NCBI RefSeq assembly: GCF_001194135.2
Contig: NC_068995.1
Coordinates: forward strand, 39,398,248 to 39,462,247
From: Octopus bimaculoides
Taxonomy: Eukaryota
DNA length: 64,000 bases
Reading direction: 5' to 3'
The notes beneath the pieces are model-generated. The model was given only the letters and a program-made list of their open reading frames with translations, did no database searches and had not been told where the DNA came from. This document shows, in pieces, positions 49,815 to 63,089 of this stretch. Every line of letters begins with the position of its first letter. Position 1 is the stretch's first letter. Both the position numbers and the translations under genes were made by a program.

Positions 49815-50016
49815 ACTAGGTTTTAAATTTTGGCACAAGGCCAGCAATTTCCGGAGAGGAAGTATGTCAATTACATCGGCCCCTGTGTTGAACTGGTAAT
49901 TATTTTACAACCCCCAAAAAGATGACAGGCAAAATCGTCCGAGGTAGAATTTGGAACCAGAACGTAAAGACGAACGAAATGCCGCTAAGCATTTTGCCCG
50001 ACCTGCTCACCGCCTT
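49815..50016 (-). mobile_element. SINE family A copy
   Basis: ttggcacaaggccagcaattt...aactggtaattatt...cagaacgtaaagacgaacgaaatgccgctaagcatttt. Confidence 0.75.
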
Positions 50017-51205
50017 ATACTAGGTATATATCGACAACAGAGCTAAGGGCTCTGTTTATCTACGGTATCATCATTTACTGTAAGTATTCCACCTTAACTA
50101 AAATGAACAAACCATGCTACATTTACCCTGAACGAACGAAAGCGAAAACCTACTTCAGAAAAGTTGAGATAAGTAAAACGTCAATGACCGTCAGTAGCAT
50201 TGTGATATATAAGCGGCTAAAATAATTTACACTTTGATCATGTAGTCTACTATTAGTATACAATTATTATGGTTGACAATGTTTTAGCAGTAATGAACTA
50301 GAACCACGCCAATATACATACTGTAATACGAAATATTTGTGATTTATTCCCTTAACCTACTGATTGTATCGTGTATGCTTCAGAGATAATGAGTTGAAAC
50401 ACTTTTATGAAATTGAATCAGTCATTATATCCGATATCGACTTATAAACTACCAACCGTCAATTCTAAATAATTGTGTCTATAACTTGATAGAAATACTC
50501 ACCAAATTAACTCGAAATTACACCTAGCTGTATTAAAAAAGTAAAGTTATATATGTCTCCAACACACGTACATTAAACAAAAACGGAAAGGTCACAGCCA
50601 GGTCAACTTTGAATATAGGTTCGATTAATCAGGGCAGACTTGAAGCTAATCAACCAGCGAATAGCTCCTCTCAATCACATAGCTATGCCTGCTTTACTTA
50701 CTCACTCCTTAGTAGCTTTATGGAGGATAAAAAGGTTTCAACCTCTCAGTAAAACTTCGCTGCATTACGGAATACACCAATACTGAACGATCCGATCATG
50801 GAGCCTTCTGAGGGTCGATTAATTTCCTAGAAAAAGCATACAAGTTTCCTTCAATTCGTACACATAGATTCATAAATAAGAACATAGATAATATACTTCT
50901 ACGTGCCTTTAAAAATATTCGATGGATATATACCTTTAGACATATGCCTGCTTGATCAGAGCTCAGTTTGAGTCAAGCAAGGAAAACACTACTGTAATGA
51001 AATGTATTCAAGATTCTCAAAATATCAGGCTCCCTTATTCGTTTAGAATCTATGGTCCGTTACTTTTACGTATGTCCCGCTATGTACTAAAAACAAGTGT
51101 TTATGATGAATAAAACAATTAGAAAAATACTAAAGAATAGAAAAGACAGTGCAGAGAATTTAATGATAATATGGAAGTAAATAAATAAAAATATGGTGAA
51201 CTTAC

Positions 51206-51509
51206 TCTCACTTCGGTTGTGTTCTGTGAAGAATCACTGTCTGTGTCGTTGTTTACCATCATTACAATGGCCACGCCCATGTTACATCTAATACCGAAGG
51301 AGATGAGGAAGCCTAAACTACTGAGCAATGCTATTAAGTAACGTTGCCTGGACTGGAAACACATGCATTTGGGTGCTGGGACTGGTGGTAAGGGCCCTGG
51401 CATCGGTAAAGTTTTCCTTGGCCCGGGTGGCGATTCATCATCACCATACGTCTCGTCGAGTTCGTCATAATTAACAAGAGTCTTTTGATCCTGGCTCTTT
51501 TTTATCAAC
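51206..51509 (-). CDS. VGLUT (SLC17A6/7/8-like): Vesicular glutamate transporter, coding exon (called E2 by homology): N-terminal tail, TM1 and first lumenal loop
   Basis: Translates (xxG)[101 protein letters not shown]; [20 protein letters not shown] is the VGLUT TM1 signature. Acceptor tctcatttcag|G at 51510, donor AGA|GTAAGT at 51205; 304 nt, phase 2 in, phase 0 out. Confidence 0.95.
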
Positions 51510-52539
51510 CTGAAATGAGAAATAGAAAGATTATTAAAATGAGGTTAAAAGTTTAAGACTAATCTCTTCAAAAATTATTTGTTACAAAACTACGTTAAAT
51601 TTCTGATGTTGATGGAAAATATCGGTTTCATAAAAGATACAGGGCTAATGAAGCAAAATGTACTCTTTATGGGTCTTGTGTGCCCTGTGGAATGAAAAGA
51701 AAAGAAGTGAATAATCATCCCACTTGATACAATACAGCAGATAAAGTACATCACAGAGCGATTATTATCAAAGATGATCAGGAAAGGAAAAGTCTCTTAA
51801 CTGGTGAATGGAGATGAGAGTTTAACACTAAATATCGCTGAAAAATTATCTCATGATAAAGAATTGGAAACATAAAAAATGAAGATTGAAAACCAAATCG
51901 ATTCACATAGTAACAAATGCACCGAAAGTTATGTAGAACAATATAAGATGCAGATAAAATATATAGCCAAATATGACTTGCAGTTATATAAGAGTATAGA
52001 TAATACATGACTAACCAACGCGTAGATCTATGTAAAGTACTTTTAATTCGATACAAAAATCGAACACAAAATGAAACTCTAAACGAAATAAAAGAAGAAT
52101 GTGCTCCGATTTGTTTTTTTCAAAACTGACAGTAAACTTTCAACGTATCTCATAGAACGTCTCACTACAGACACTCTTTACCCAAGAAAATAAAATACAC
52201 ACACACATACACACACGCATATACACGCACACACAAACACACACTCACACACAAACACACACACGTTACATATTCTATATAATCATTGCAAAATAAGATT
52301 ATGCAAATCATATTCTTATACAATCATCATCCGACAATCAAACGCATTCTTTGCACCAGCAGCAATACTCATATCCCATATTGCCATACTGTTCCCCTTC
52401 ACAAACGCGCACACATAAATGCACATCACATAGATATGACTGTAAGTATATTATATATATTTATATATATACAATTTAGTATAAGATAAAAAAATTGAGG
52501 TATTTGTCTTAAACATTCAGCCAAACAAATTCATAATTT

Positions 52540-52574
<35 letters not shown>

Positions 52575-52992
52575 GAACAAAATATGTTTATATATTCGTA
52601 TATTTATATGTTTGTCTTTCGACGTATATGTGTTTCTTCTTTATTCATATTTTCCACTGTCCCCTTGACTCTCCAAAGTTCTTCCATTCCATCCAGCTTC
52701 TTCTTTCAGATCAACTAATAGAGACGTCACGCACACCAGGAATTTATATTTTATTATATCTATTCATATTCATTGCCATAATTTATTGTGTGGGGAAACA
52801 AACAAAAGTGATGCCTCAACTACTTGTCTACCTGTTAATATTGCTGCTACCACTTATGCGTTTCCGTGGCTGGTTAAGCAAACATAGATATTCTCATGCA
52901 TACTCTCCAAATTAAGTTTATACGCATACATACACACATATATTCTTACATGCTTACACACACATACATACATGCATACATATATACATGCA

Positions 52993-53941
52993 CACACACT
53001 CAGAACTCCTGAAGTTGTTACTGAGATCCAGGCCATGATTCACAATGATCCCTCCATGTCAATCAGGTCCCTTGCCACGGACATGGGAGCGCCTATGTTT
53101 CTCATCAGGCAGTATTCGGTATTCCTCATACAAGATGAGAAAGGGTAGATTTTTATCCCAAGCCATCAAAGACAAGAGGAAAGGCTGCACTATGAAGCTT
53201 TTGAACAAACTCAAGCATCCCCTCCAACCAAACATATTTTGGTTTCACTCAGACAAGAAAAAATTCTGTCAGGAAACACACAGAACAACTGTTGGCTTGG
53301 CATGTCCCCCAAAATTTGTACCAGAGTGATAAAAATCAAACATCCAGCCAACATCATGGTGTTTGGATTGATCACTAGTGATGGCATCGGTATGCCTCCA
53401 TTCGTTTTCTCACATGGCCTCAGACTCAACGAGACAGCCTACTTCAAGAACCTAGAGGAGGTTGTGCTTCCCTGGGTCAACAGGGTGGCTGCTAGAGGAC
53501 CCTATGCCTGGCAACAGACTCTCTCTGCACCATGCCACACAAGCAGGAGATGCCATTCATGGCAGTCAGGCAATTAGTGCGACCACATAACCCCTAACAT
53601 CTGGCCACCTAACTCTCCAGACTGCAACCTCCTTGAGTATTGTGTGGGACGCACTTGAGCGAGAGACCAACAAAATTACTTGTTGAATTGAAGGCAAGGA
53701 TTATGGCAGCATTCACCAACTTAAACAAGGAGACTGTCCAGAAGATTTAAAGGAAATTCCGTAGTCGTTTGGAGGGAGTTGTTGAAGCCAATTGAGATTT
53801 TATTGAATACATTTCCTCTGTAGTATTTCAAGATGTTTTTATATTTGATATTTATTTTGGTAAATATATCAGTTAAAATGAGATGTCAGTGTTATTTTAA
53901 TTTTTGTGTAATTTAGACGACAGTTTATTCACCGCACCCTG
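52993..53941 (+). mobile_element. 5'-truncated IS630-Tc1-mariner element of maT/DD37D type
   Basis: HNDPSMSIRSLA, KHPANIMVFGLITSDG, WQQ(D)SAPCHTS, WPPNSPDCNLLEY; about 37 residues between the second Asp position and the third acidic residue; right end gacagtttattcaccgcaccctg. Confidence 0.8.
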
Positions 53942-53963
53942 AATATATACATCTGTGTGTGTG

Positions 53964-53996
<33 letters not shown>

Positions 53997-55589
53997 GTGC
54001 GTGTGTATGTGAGTGTCTGTGCGCACGCGCTTTGCTTACATCTATGTGTGTATCTGTGTATATATGCCCTTGTGTTTGTGCTTTACATCCCATCCCGGGT
54101 GGTCTAGCATGGCGGCAGTCGAAAGACAGAAACAAGTAAAATGTAAAAGATAAAGTTGTAAGCACGCGCTTGTGTGTGCAAGTGTGCATAAGCGCGCGTA
54201 TACGACTGAACAAGGATATATTTAACATAAAGCAAACAAAATAAAATAAGATTCATTTTTATCTCGACTTGAGCCTACCATCCGATTCTTCAGATAAAAT
54301 TCGAGAAGGAAAGAATGTTCTTAATGATCGACATTGGACTGTATCAATGGCGGAAAGAAAGAGAGAGAGAAAAAAAAAAGTAAAACTGAGGAAATATGAC
54401 TGTGGAAGATTCTGTTAGAATATTGGAATATCTTACAATATCCTGAGTAGTTCATGAGAAGCTCTTGACATATAATGTTATAGATTCCAAACTTTTTCAA
54501 CAACGATTTTTATAAGCGCTTCTAAAAAGTAAAAAAAAAGTCCTGTAGCATGGACCAAAAATGATGTATGGCTGTGTGTATGTAAGAGGGAAATGTGTCT
54601 GTGCGTGTGTCTATGTGTGCTCTACAGACATACATTGAGTTGTGAGGATTCAGTATTTGTATATGAGAGGAGGAGGAGGACGGGGAGGAGGAGGACGAGA
54701 AGGAGGGGGTGAGAAAGTGTGTCCAAACAGAAAACCATTTCGTCGTCTTTATCGACAGAGCACCGGTGAGTACTTATGAGTAAACATCATTTGAACAGAC
54801 TTTTAGAGATAGTTACACAGAAGTATATGTATATATATAAATAGACATACATATATGTATGAATATTTATATGTATGTATATATATTTATATATATTATA
54901 TATATGTACGTATGTGTGTGTGTGTGTGTGTGTGTGTATACATATATATATATATGTGTATATNNNNNNNNNNNNNNNNNNNNNNNNNNNNNNNNNNNNN
55001 NNNNNNNNNNNNNNNNNNNNNNNNNNNNNNNNNNTATATATATATATATATATATATAATATTATATTATATTATATTATATTATATTATATTATATGCA
55101 TATTTATATAAATATATATATGTATGTATGTATGTATAAATTCAAATTACGATGAAAGTATGTATTATATATGTATGTATATATATATTACATTACATTA
55201 TATGCATATATATATTGGGCATATTTATATAGCCAGTATATGTGTTTTCTTGCTCACAACCTTGCATCGATTTTTCTTATTTATTTGTTTATTTATGATT
55301 TCGTTTGCGAGATCTCATTTTGGTTTAGTGAATGTTTGGAGTAGATGTAATTTCGGTTAATAACTAGGAATGCAACACACAGTGGGGCCAAATATTCTAT
55401 AGTCATTGATGTCACAATGTAGTCAATGACGTTAATATAAAAGTAAATATAAATATACATTATGTGTATAATTTGTTTTTTACGCACAAATAAGCAGACA
55501 TTAATGGGCTTTGTAAGTGCAGACATTTCGCCCACACCGCCTTCTATTTATAGGTCAATATATGACGTTATCTAGTCTCTGATCCCTGT

Positions 55590-56330
55590 TGACTGATGCA
55601 CAAAATGGGTGGAGATGAAGGTAAAGCCGTAAAGTGTGACAACCGATATTGACTGTGTAGAGTTCACACTGAAGATATCACCCATATCATAAGCAGTTAT
55701 CCGAAAATGTAATCACAGTGTTATCTACGATGTGACATGATGTGGAGGCTAGGGCACTCTATAATGAAATCCGTCGGAAGGATAATCCCGAAGACAAAGA
55801 AATAAGAACCCACAATATGGTAGAAGCCATAGCCACTCATAATAAAATGGAGTATTGGTGGAATGTACCAGCGAAGACTTCAATAAAATGCAAGCATAAC
55901 AGACTCCATATGATGATTTATGATAGCGAAGAGAAACTGTATACAGTTGTGGAAATTTAGCTGCCCAGCGGATGTTAACATAAAGATGAAGATCAGTGAA
56001 AAAGAGAACACCCACGCTGAACTATTGAGAAGACTGCAGTTACTCTATCCATTTTACAAGTTCAGGTTTATAAAAATCTGTAAAAGTTCCCAGAAGTTTA
56101 TCATTTAAATATAAATGAGCGTGTTTAGATATGCAACTATATGCATGAAAATACATACATAAAACATACAAATTTGCATATACATAAATACATACATACA
56201 TACATACATATATACATACACATATACATGCCCTGTTGTTGATGTTGAAATTCCAATGAATGATCTAGGTTAGAAACCAGCTCTTTCTCTCTTGGCAAGA
56301 AATCTTATAATAAACTGTATAATGACATAC
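55590..56330 (+). mobile_element. 3' part of a second RLE-type LINE family with (CATA)n in its 3' region
   Basis: LCRVHTEDITHIISS.PKM (CCHC knuckle), ARALYNEIR, EYWWNVPAKTSIKCKHNR, VEISCPADVNIKMKISEKEN..AELLRRLQLLYP.YKFRFI. Confidence 0.8.
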
Positions 56331-59300
56331 ATTCATGTAAATGTATCTAAATGTAAGCGAAAATATTATTTGAAAGTTTACAAAAGAGAGATTTGAAATA
56401 AACTGTTAATTTAGAAGTGAATGAGAAATCTAGGATAGAAATGCATGAGAATGCATTAAAAAATCGTTCAAATGAACATGCATATTCGGTGGTAATATTG
56501 CTGTTCGGACCAGCTATTGGGGGATGCACTATTCTCAGTTTCAAAACTTGTGCTCATCGGTGGCCACGTTAAAAACAATACACTGCATTGCATAGTTTAT
56601 ACAGAATATACGTATATACATATACCTATTCGTGAGAAAATGTCTATTAGTCTGTTTAACACCAATGGATTGCTCGCCATTATGACTAATAGAAAATACA
56701 TGTACTATGCAAACGTATATACTTTGTATTTTAATCAGTGACCAATACTTTAAACAATACTTGATTTTACATCTAGTATATAGCCACTAAATACATGAAA
56801 ACATTAAATTGTCAAGCCATTTCTATAAGAACTTAGGATTTATTTATATTGGAGGCCATATATTTGCGCACGGATACACATATATGTACATGGGTTGTAT
56901 GTGTATGTGCATGTATGTGTGTTAGTGTGTGCGTGTATGTGTATACGCATACGTACTTACATATATAAAGATAACGAAATTGTAAAGTCGTGTATTTTTG
57001 TATGAGTTTTATGTGTGTAACAATGCATCAATGCTGTATATTTGATTTAATCTATATAGCTAAATATCGGATTGCGAGATAAATATACACTTGTGGTTGA
57101 TTTTTGTAGCGTTTTGTATAGTTTTCTTGAAGTATTTCAATTTAACGCTACCCTATTATTCGGGATAACTTCATGTTATCTATAATAACTAATTATACAC
57201 TATCTTTGCCATATGCTTTGTGGCACAATAACAATTGAACATATCTTAAAATGGCGTACGTCGTAAACGAAATAGATTTCTCTTTTAGCCCGTTATTTAT
57301 TGTTTTCCCCTCGTTTCTACTCTTCTTTCTAAAATCCATTTCGATTACTAAATAGCCAATATGTCACATTCTTCTCCATGAAACATATACATACATATTT
57401 TCTTGGAGAACGAGAAAATCATACATGGTAAAATATTCAAAATGGCGCAAACAATATAATATGCTTTGAGCTAGGAAAAAGATAAGTTGCTATGTTCTTG
57501 TCGAATCAAAGGGAATTTTTGAAAAAAAATATGAATGTAGAAAACTTAAAAGTAAAAAGTTGTTTGACAACAACAACAACAAAGCTATCAGTTTCCCGCA
57601 ACAAAGATGCATTAATAAAACAACTTATAAAATCTTATGTGTAAATATATATATGAAATTTAATATGATGCTATCGATCCTAGCTCAGGCATTTTTCACT
57701 GTTTGTCATATTAAAATTCCGCCAATATTACCGGCATCCATTTCATTACCTCTCAATGTATTCTATAGCATACTTATCAGGAAATTTTGTACAGAATAAA
57801 GGATTAAGTTTCAGGCGCATACATCTTCATTTGAATTACTTTCATGTAAGAAAAGTAGCGGTACGTTTTCTTTTTTACACCCGCTTTTGCATGTGTGCAT
57901 AACTGCAGAGAATAGCTATCAAATCTGTGACTTCCTGGTCACGATTTCGTACTTTACAATGGACGCTATGCATTCTACTTTCCAATGATTTTAGTGTACT
58001 TGCCTGAAGCTTTGGGTTCATTTCTAAGATTAATATTGATTCTCGATTACCTCAATTTTGTTAACATTTTCACTTTCCTTTGCATGAAAATTGTTAAGGA
58101 GTGTTTTTGAGATTTCTTTGAACAGCAATTTTTTCTGCATTATATGATACATTAATAGTGTTGCATAAGTTATTAACGTTTCTATATGACAAGCTTTATA
58201 GATTTGTTGTTCAGTTTTCAATGAACGAAGTCAACGGCAACAGGCTACATTCTTGGCTATTGGTATTTCACTAAAAACACTCAAAAATACATAGAACATT
58301 ATCCTAACGTTCATCATTCTTTCATGCCCTCTCTTTCAATCTCTCTCGATATCGTTCTCCTAGGTGAAATAATCGAATGAGTAGCATCAATATTGTGGCT
58401 ACACTAATCCTGCCACCAGCATCTGAGTGGACACACTCAGTAAGATTATTTACATTCAAACAATATAAATCCAGAACAGAACACCAGTGAGCATTTACAT
58501 TATATATAAGTATAGTGGATGAGTGAGCTAGAATAATTTCAATTTCAGAATATTTTATATAGCAAAGGTATAAATTTTCTCAAGAGCGAGCGCTGCGTTG
58601 TTTTTTAATGTCATTTGTTAGTATTCGAAAACATACAAACTTAAATAATAAATTATGTACTCAAGCAACTAACCCCCGTTCCCACAAATTACTGGTTTTA
58701 AGCCAAAATCTGAAATTATTATTTTTTGCTATAATCTTCAACCAATTTACTGTGACATTCATATGTAAACTGTAAGGGCGGCAGAGACTGAATTAATGAG
58801 CCGCCCAAATCCTGCCAGCTAGCTTCAGTTTTGCACTTATCCCACTGTAAATCTGCAGAAAATATCTACTGCATAGAGTTCATTAGACTACAGCTGCCCC
58901 AACACATCTTTTTTGTGGATGCGTATGCATTTACGTGTGTATATAAAAATCATATAATGCAATAGGAATTTATACAGGCTCAAGAGTTCATCATCTGACC
59001 GGCGTACACCCAGCCCCAAGTAACGGGTTGTGCAAAGATGTCAACAACAAGAATTTTGGCTAAGTATATGGAATAGAAAGAGGCAGTATCATTGGTCTGT
59101 GAAATATACAACGCTAACATTATACAGAAACTGAAGCATTTTCGTTCCTACATAATATGTAGCATGATTTTATTAAGGACATCACTTTATACCAAACGTT
59201 CACACTGGTTTTATTTCACTCTTTCATTATTTGTAAATTGGTTAACTAGTTAACAAACTAATTGCTTCCTTGATTACATATTCGAGTAATCAATCAGCTA

Positions 59301-61318
59301 ATCTTGTTTGTCAAAGTCCATTTGTCGACACTCACGACATATTCAATGACATACCATCTGCAGTTCATATTCAGGTGCAGAGAGAAAGAGAGAGAGAGAG
59401 AGGTGGGGGTAGAAAATCATACAGAAAGTCAAATGGCCTAAAATGTTGCTTCAACATATTATCAGGCAAATAAAATTTTTAAAATGGAGCAATTGTCTAA
59501 AGGAGATTCAATTAAATAGGGGTGCTTGAAACATAGGTGAAAGAATTGCATTAAAATCTTCAAAATATGCGAGAAATAATTCCCAATTTTTTAATTTTTA
59601 TTACCAGATTGATAATACAAGAACTACCATATGGAGACGTCTGAGTCATATTGCATCGTTGAGAGCAATTGACTGACGTAAAGACGGGTTCGGTGCCAAA
59701 GCCGATGGAGCAAAACTTAGTCCGTCTATGTGATATATAAGGAATGTGTAATTCCATCATGTCCAGTATACAGGCCGAGTAAACAGTTATGAAATATAGA
59801 AATGAGATCTAAATAAAGGCGACATATATTTTGAAAATAGAATATGATAGATGATATCGAAAGCAATAGATTACTAGTATTCATTATATTATTTTCTAGT
59901 CTATTAGTTTTCGAATTCCAGCCCTTTAGAAAAGAGAATCGCTATTAAAAACTGTAAATAAGAATAACATTTCTATTCAAGGCTCTTGGTATGAAGCAAA
60001 GACTGCGAAGCATTTTAAAAACCATTTCAAATGATAGATATGCATGCCTAATTTATTCTTGATTTTGTCCCAATGTCAAAAATATTTCAAGGAAAATTCA
60101 CATCATGATACTTTCTTTTCAATCTCATATTTACAATAAACATCTGTAATTAATCATTATATATTGCTATTAATTTATTAATTATGTGATGTCCGAAACT
60201 GTTTGTTTAGAGTAGTCTGAATCTCATTTACTATGCTCTTGTTCGCAATAAGGTGGTTGGATTCCTAGCTCCAGGATTCTCGAAATAATTCCAGATATAT
60301 GGCATTTCATAGAGCAAAGACATGAATGGTATTTATATAGTTAAATACGTTAACGACATAATGGAAGATAAATGTATAATATATTATTAACTACGTAACC
60401 AAAACTATACACCGCTCTAAACTTCAGAATTAACGTTATGTTCTTTATTTCAACAATGGATAAAAAAATTAAAAATCATTTAAAATAATCCTTACGTATT
60501 AAATTTCTACTTGTACTATCTCAAATTTCATTTCAGTTTATAGTCTGTTCCTCAAATTTTATATTTCAACTTGATGTATATTTTACTTTTTGTTGCAAAA
60601 AATTCAAACTATATTTACTGGAAGAAATATGGTGTCTCGCGACAATAAAATGCCTACTTTCCAGTTTTCTTGAAATATATATGCACTCAAATGTCATCCA
60701 GATGAGTAGCATAATATGGAATCTGCTCTATAAAAGAGTAAAATGTATTTTTGATGGGAAGCCAATACAGCCTCAACAAGCATTGCGTATGTATGTATAA
60801 ATCTATGTATGTTTGTATGTATGTTTTATGCACGTATGTACACACACACACACGCATATTTACATATATATATATATATGTATATATAAATGTATGTTTT
60901 TCTCCAGTAATTACAAATAACACGGAAAAAATAAATAAACAGTTACCAGGATAGCAAAAAATCACACAAGTAACAAGGATGTAACAACCTATTTATAAAG
61001 GTAGAAACTTCAGTTTAAGGTGAGATGTTTGAACTACTAACCATTCTTTAAATAATAGTAACAGCGGGGTTATTGTTTCTGAAGTCAACTCTAATCGCAT
61101 TCGCTTTCTTAGCAGATATTCTAAGACTAAAAACTCTATTTACCAATGTAAAATTACTTCCAGTTCTGACGTCTTTTTACGTAAATTAACGAAGTATGCG
61201 AGCCAAGCAAAGTAATGCCCATATTTTTGGGACGCCCCATGTTGACTAGCAAAATTTTAACGTGATATTTGTGTAATAAAGAAATCAAACCTGGAGTGTG
61301 TGTATGTGAGAGAGAGAA

Positions 61319-61350
<32 letters not shown>

Positions 61351-63060
61351 CTCTGCAAACAGTGAATGAGATGCGTGGAATGAAATAATTTGTATAAATA
61401 GAAGCACGTTGAAAACTATCTTGTACCGAATATTTAAATTCTTGAACATAGTAAATAATTATTTCAGTAATTTATCGCAGTTGTTTACAAATAGCGAATT
61501 AAAACTTGAGAAGAAAACATTGAAAAGTAGACAGAGACAGACTTCGACGGTTTTATGTCAATACCGGAAGTAGACATTGAGAAACCATTTTGAAAGAAGT
61601 GAATGTAATGTAATAATATTCCAAGGTATATTTGAAGAGAATTTCATTAAAAAATATCCATTTTCTTGAAAGTGAAGACGAATTGAAGTAGACTCCGCTG
61701 AGTTATCAGAAATCCACCCCCCACTTCTAAAACACCCCTCCCCCCGAAATTTTATATAATCGAAATGGACATGATATAACATAGAAATTTGAACTGAAAA
61801 TAAAGTATTGTACGGGTTGAAGCGAAATTTGTCACTGAGTGAACTAAAGAGCTGGTATGGAAGGAGCCAGAAAGTAACCGTCGACAAAAGAAAAACACGA
61901 AACCGTACGGATTGAAGTGAAATTAATGAAGATACTTCAGTCAGTAAATTACGAAATTACTTACATCAGTAAATACCGATTCAAAACTTAGACTTAAAAT
62001 GAAAGCAATAACATGAAAGTGAAACAATAGCGTATGAAAATTGAAAGTGAAAAGAATAGAGTCTGAAAAATGAAAGTGAATACAAGAGATATAGATAGAA
62101 AGATATGTTACAGAGAGATAGAGATAGATAGAGAGATGGGTAGAGAGATGGATAGAGAGATGTACATAAAGGGATATGTTATCTCACTGATGGTAGAAAA
62201 CCAGAAGTAAATATTTTAGAATCTTTGAAAGACGTGAATGTAATATAAAAAGCATTGTTTAATTTTCTAAAAATTTCAATTAAAAATTTCAATTAAAAAT
62301 CAAATGAAGACCCTATTATATGTCCGTGGTCAAATTATTCATGCATTAGAAATATGGAAGTAATTGGTGAAACTGTTTTTGCATTAAAAGTGAATACGCA
62401 TACATCTCTATTTTATATAACACTGTTCAGTTTTATTTCAAGATTTCTTGCCAATAGAGAAAGAGCCGGCTTCTATCATAGATTCAACATCAACAGCAGG
62501 GTATTTTTGCTTGAATGTATGTGTCTGTATGTATATATGTATATATATATATATATGTATGTATGTATATATGTATATNNNNNNNNNNATATATGTATGT
62601 ATGTATATATGTATATATATATATATGTATGTATATGCGCAGATTTGTATGCTTTGCCTTATATATATATTTTCATTCATATAGTTGCATGTCTAGACAT
62701 GCTCATATATATTGACATGATAAACTTCTGGAAAGGTATTCAGATTTTTGAAGTTCCAGTGATGGATTGGATTTGTAGTTTTCGAATTAGCTTTCTGCTT
62801 TCTGGTTTGGAGAAGCCTAATTTCTCCAGATTGGCACTTAAGCAGTGTGTTACGTATCACAGGAACCCAATAACTACAGTATATACCTGAACTTGTAATC
62901 TGGATAGAGTAACTGCTGATTTCTCATATGTGTGTACGTATGCCTGTATGTATGTATGTATGTATGTAGGCATGTATGCGTGTATGTATGCATGTATATA
63001 TGTATGACTTTATTTTTATTTTTATGTAGTGCTAAGAGGAAATGAGAACTTTAACTGCTG

Positions 63061-63089
63061 TACCACCAGATGGAGACACCTAGTGGCGT
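63061..63089. promoter_or_regulatory. Pair of overlapping, opposed CTCF-like motifs
   Basis: ccaccagatggag (+) and gccactaggtgtc (-), each one mismatch from the CCACYAGRKGGC core; motif match only. Confidence 0.3.

Noticed and set aside
1-50016. Recurring about 30-nt motifs (gtcgataaa.taagtaccag etc.) that might suggest a CRISPR-like array
   Set aside because: Irregular kilobase spacing, both orientations and embedding in 200-nt SINE bodies; eukaryotic context.
578-51205. Duplicated or mutually exclusive VGLUT exons and U12-type introns
   Set aside because: No second copy of any exon motif was seen by eye, all donors are ordinary U2 GT types, and the exons join without missing conserved segments. 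Sequence hidden in N gaps cannot be assessed.
53625-53645. Glu instead of Asp as third catalytic residue (apparent DD37E)
   Set aside because: The copy is riddled with stops and indels; a single GAC-to-GAG decay explains it, so I do not claim a new family.
56625-56680. MASNPLVLNRLIDIFSRI followed by G|GTATAT as first exon
   Set aside because: Phase 1, incompatible with E2.
57990-58025. ATG AAC CCA AAG CTT CAG|GCAAGT, a GC-type donor
   Set aside because: Phase 0 from that ATG, and the phase-2 frame is closed by a stop.
59560-59760. ORF MMELHIPY... as VGLUT first exon or a separate gene
   Set aside because: No recognisable homology, and its only donor in that frame is phase 0 whereas E2 needs phase 2.
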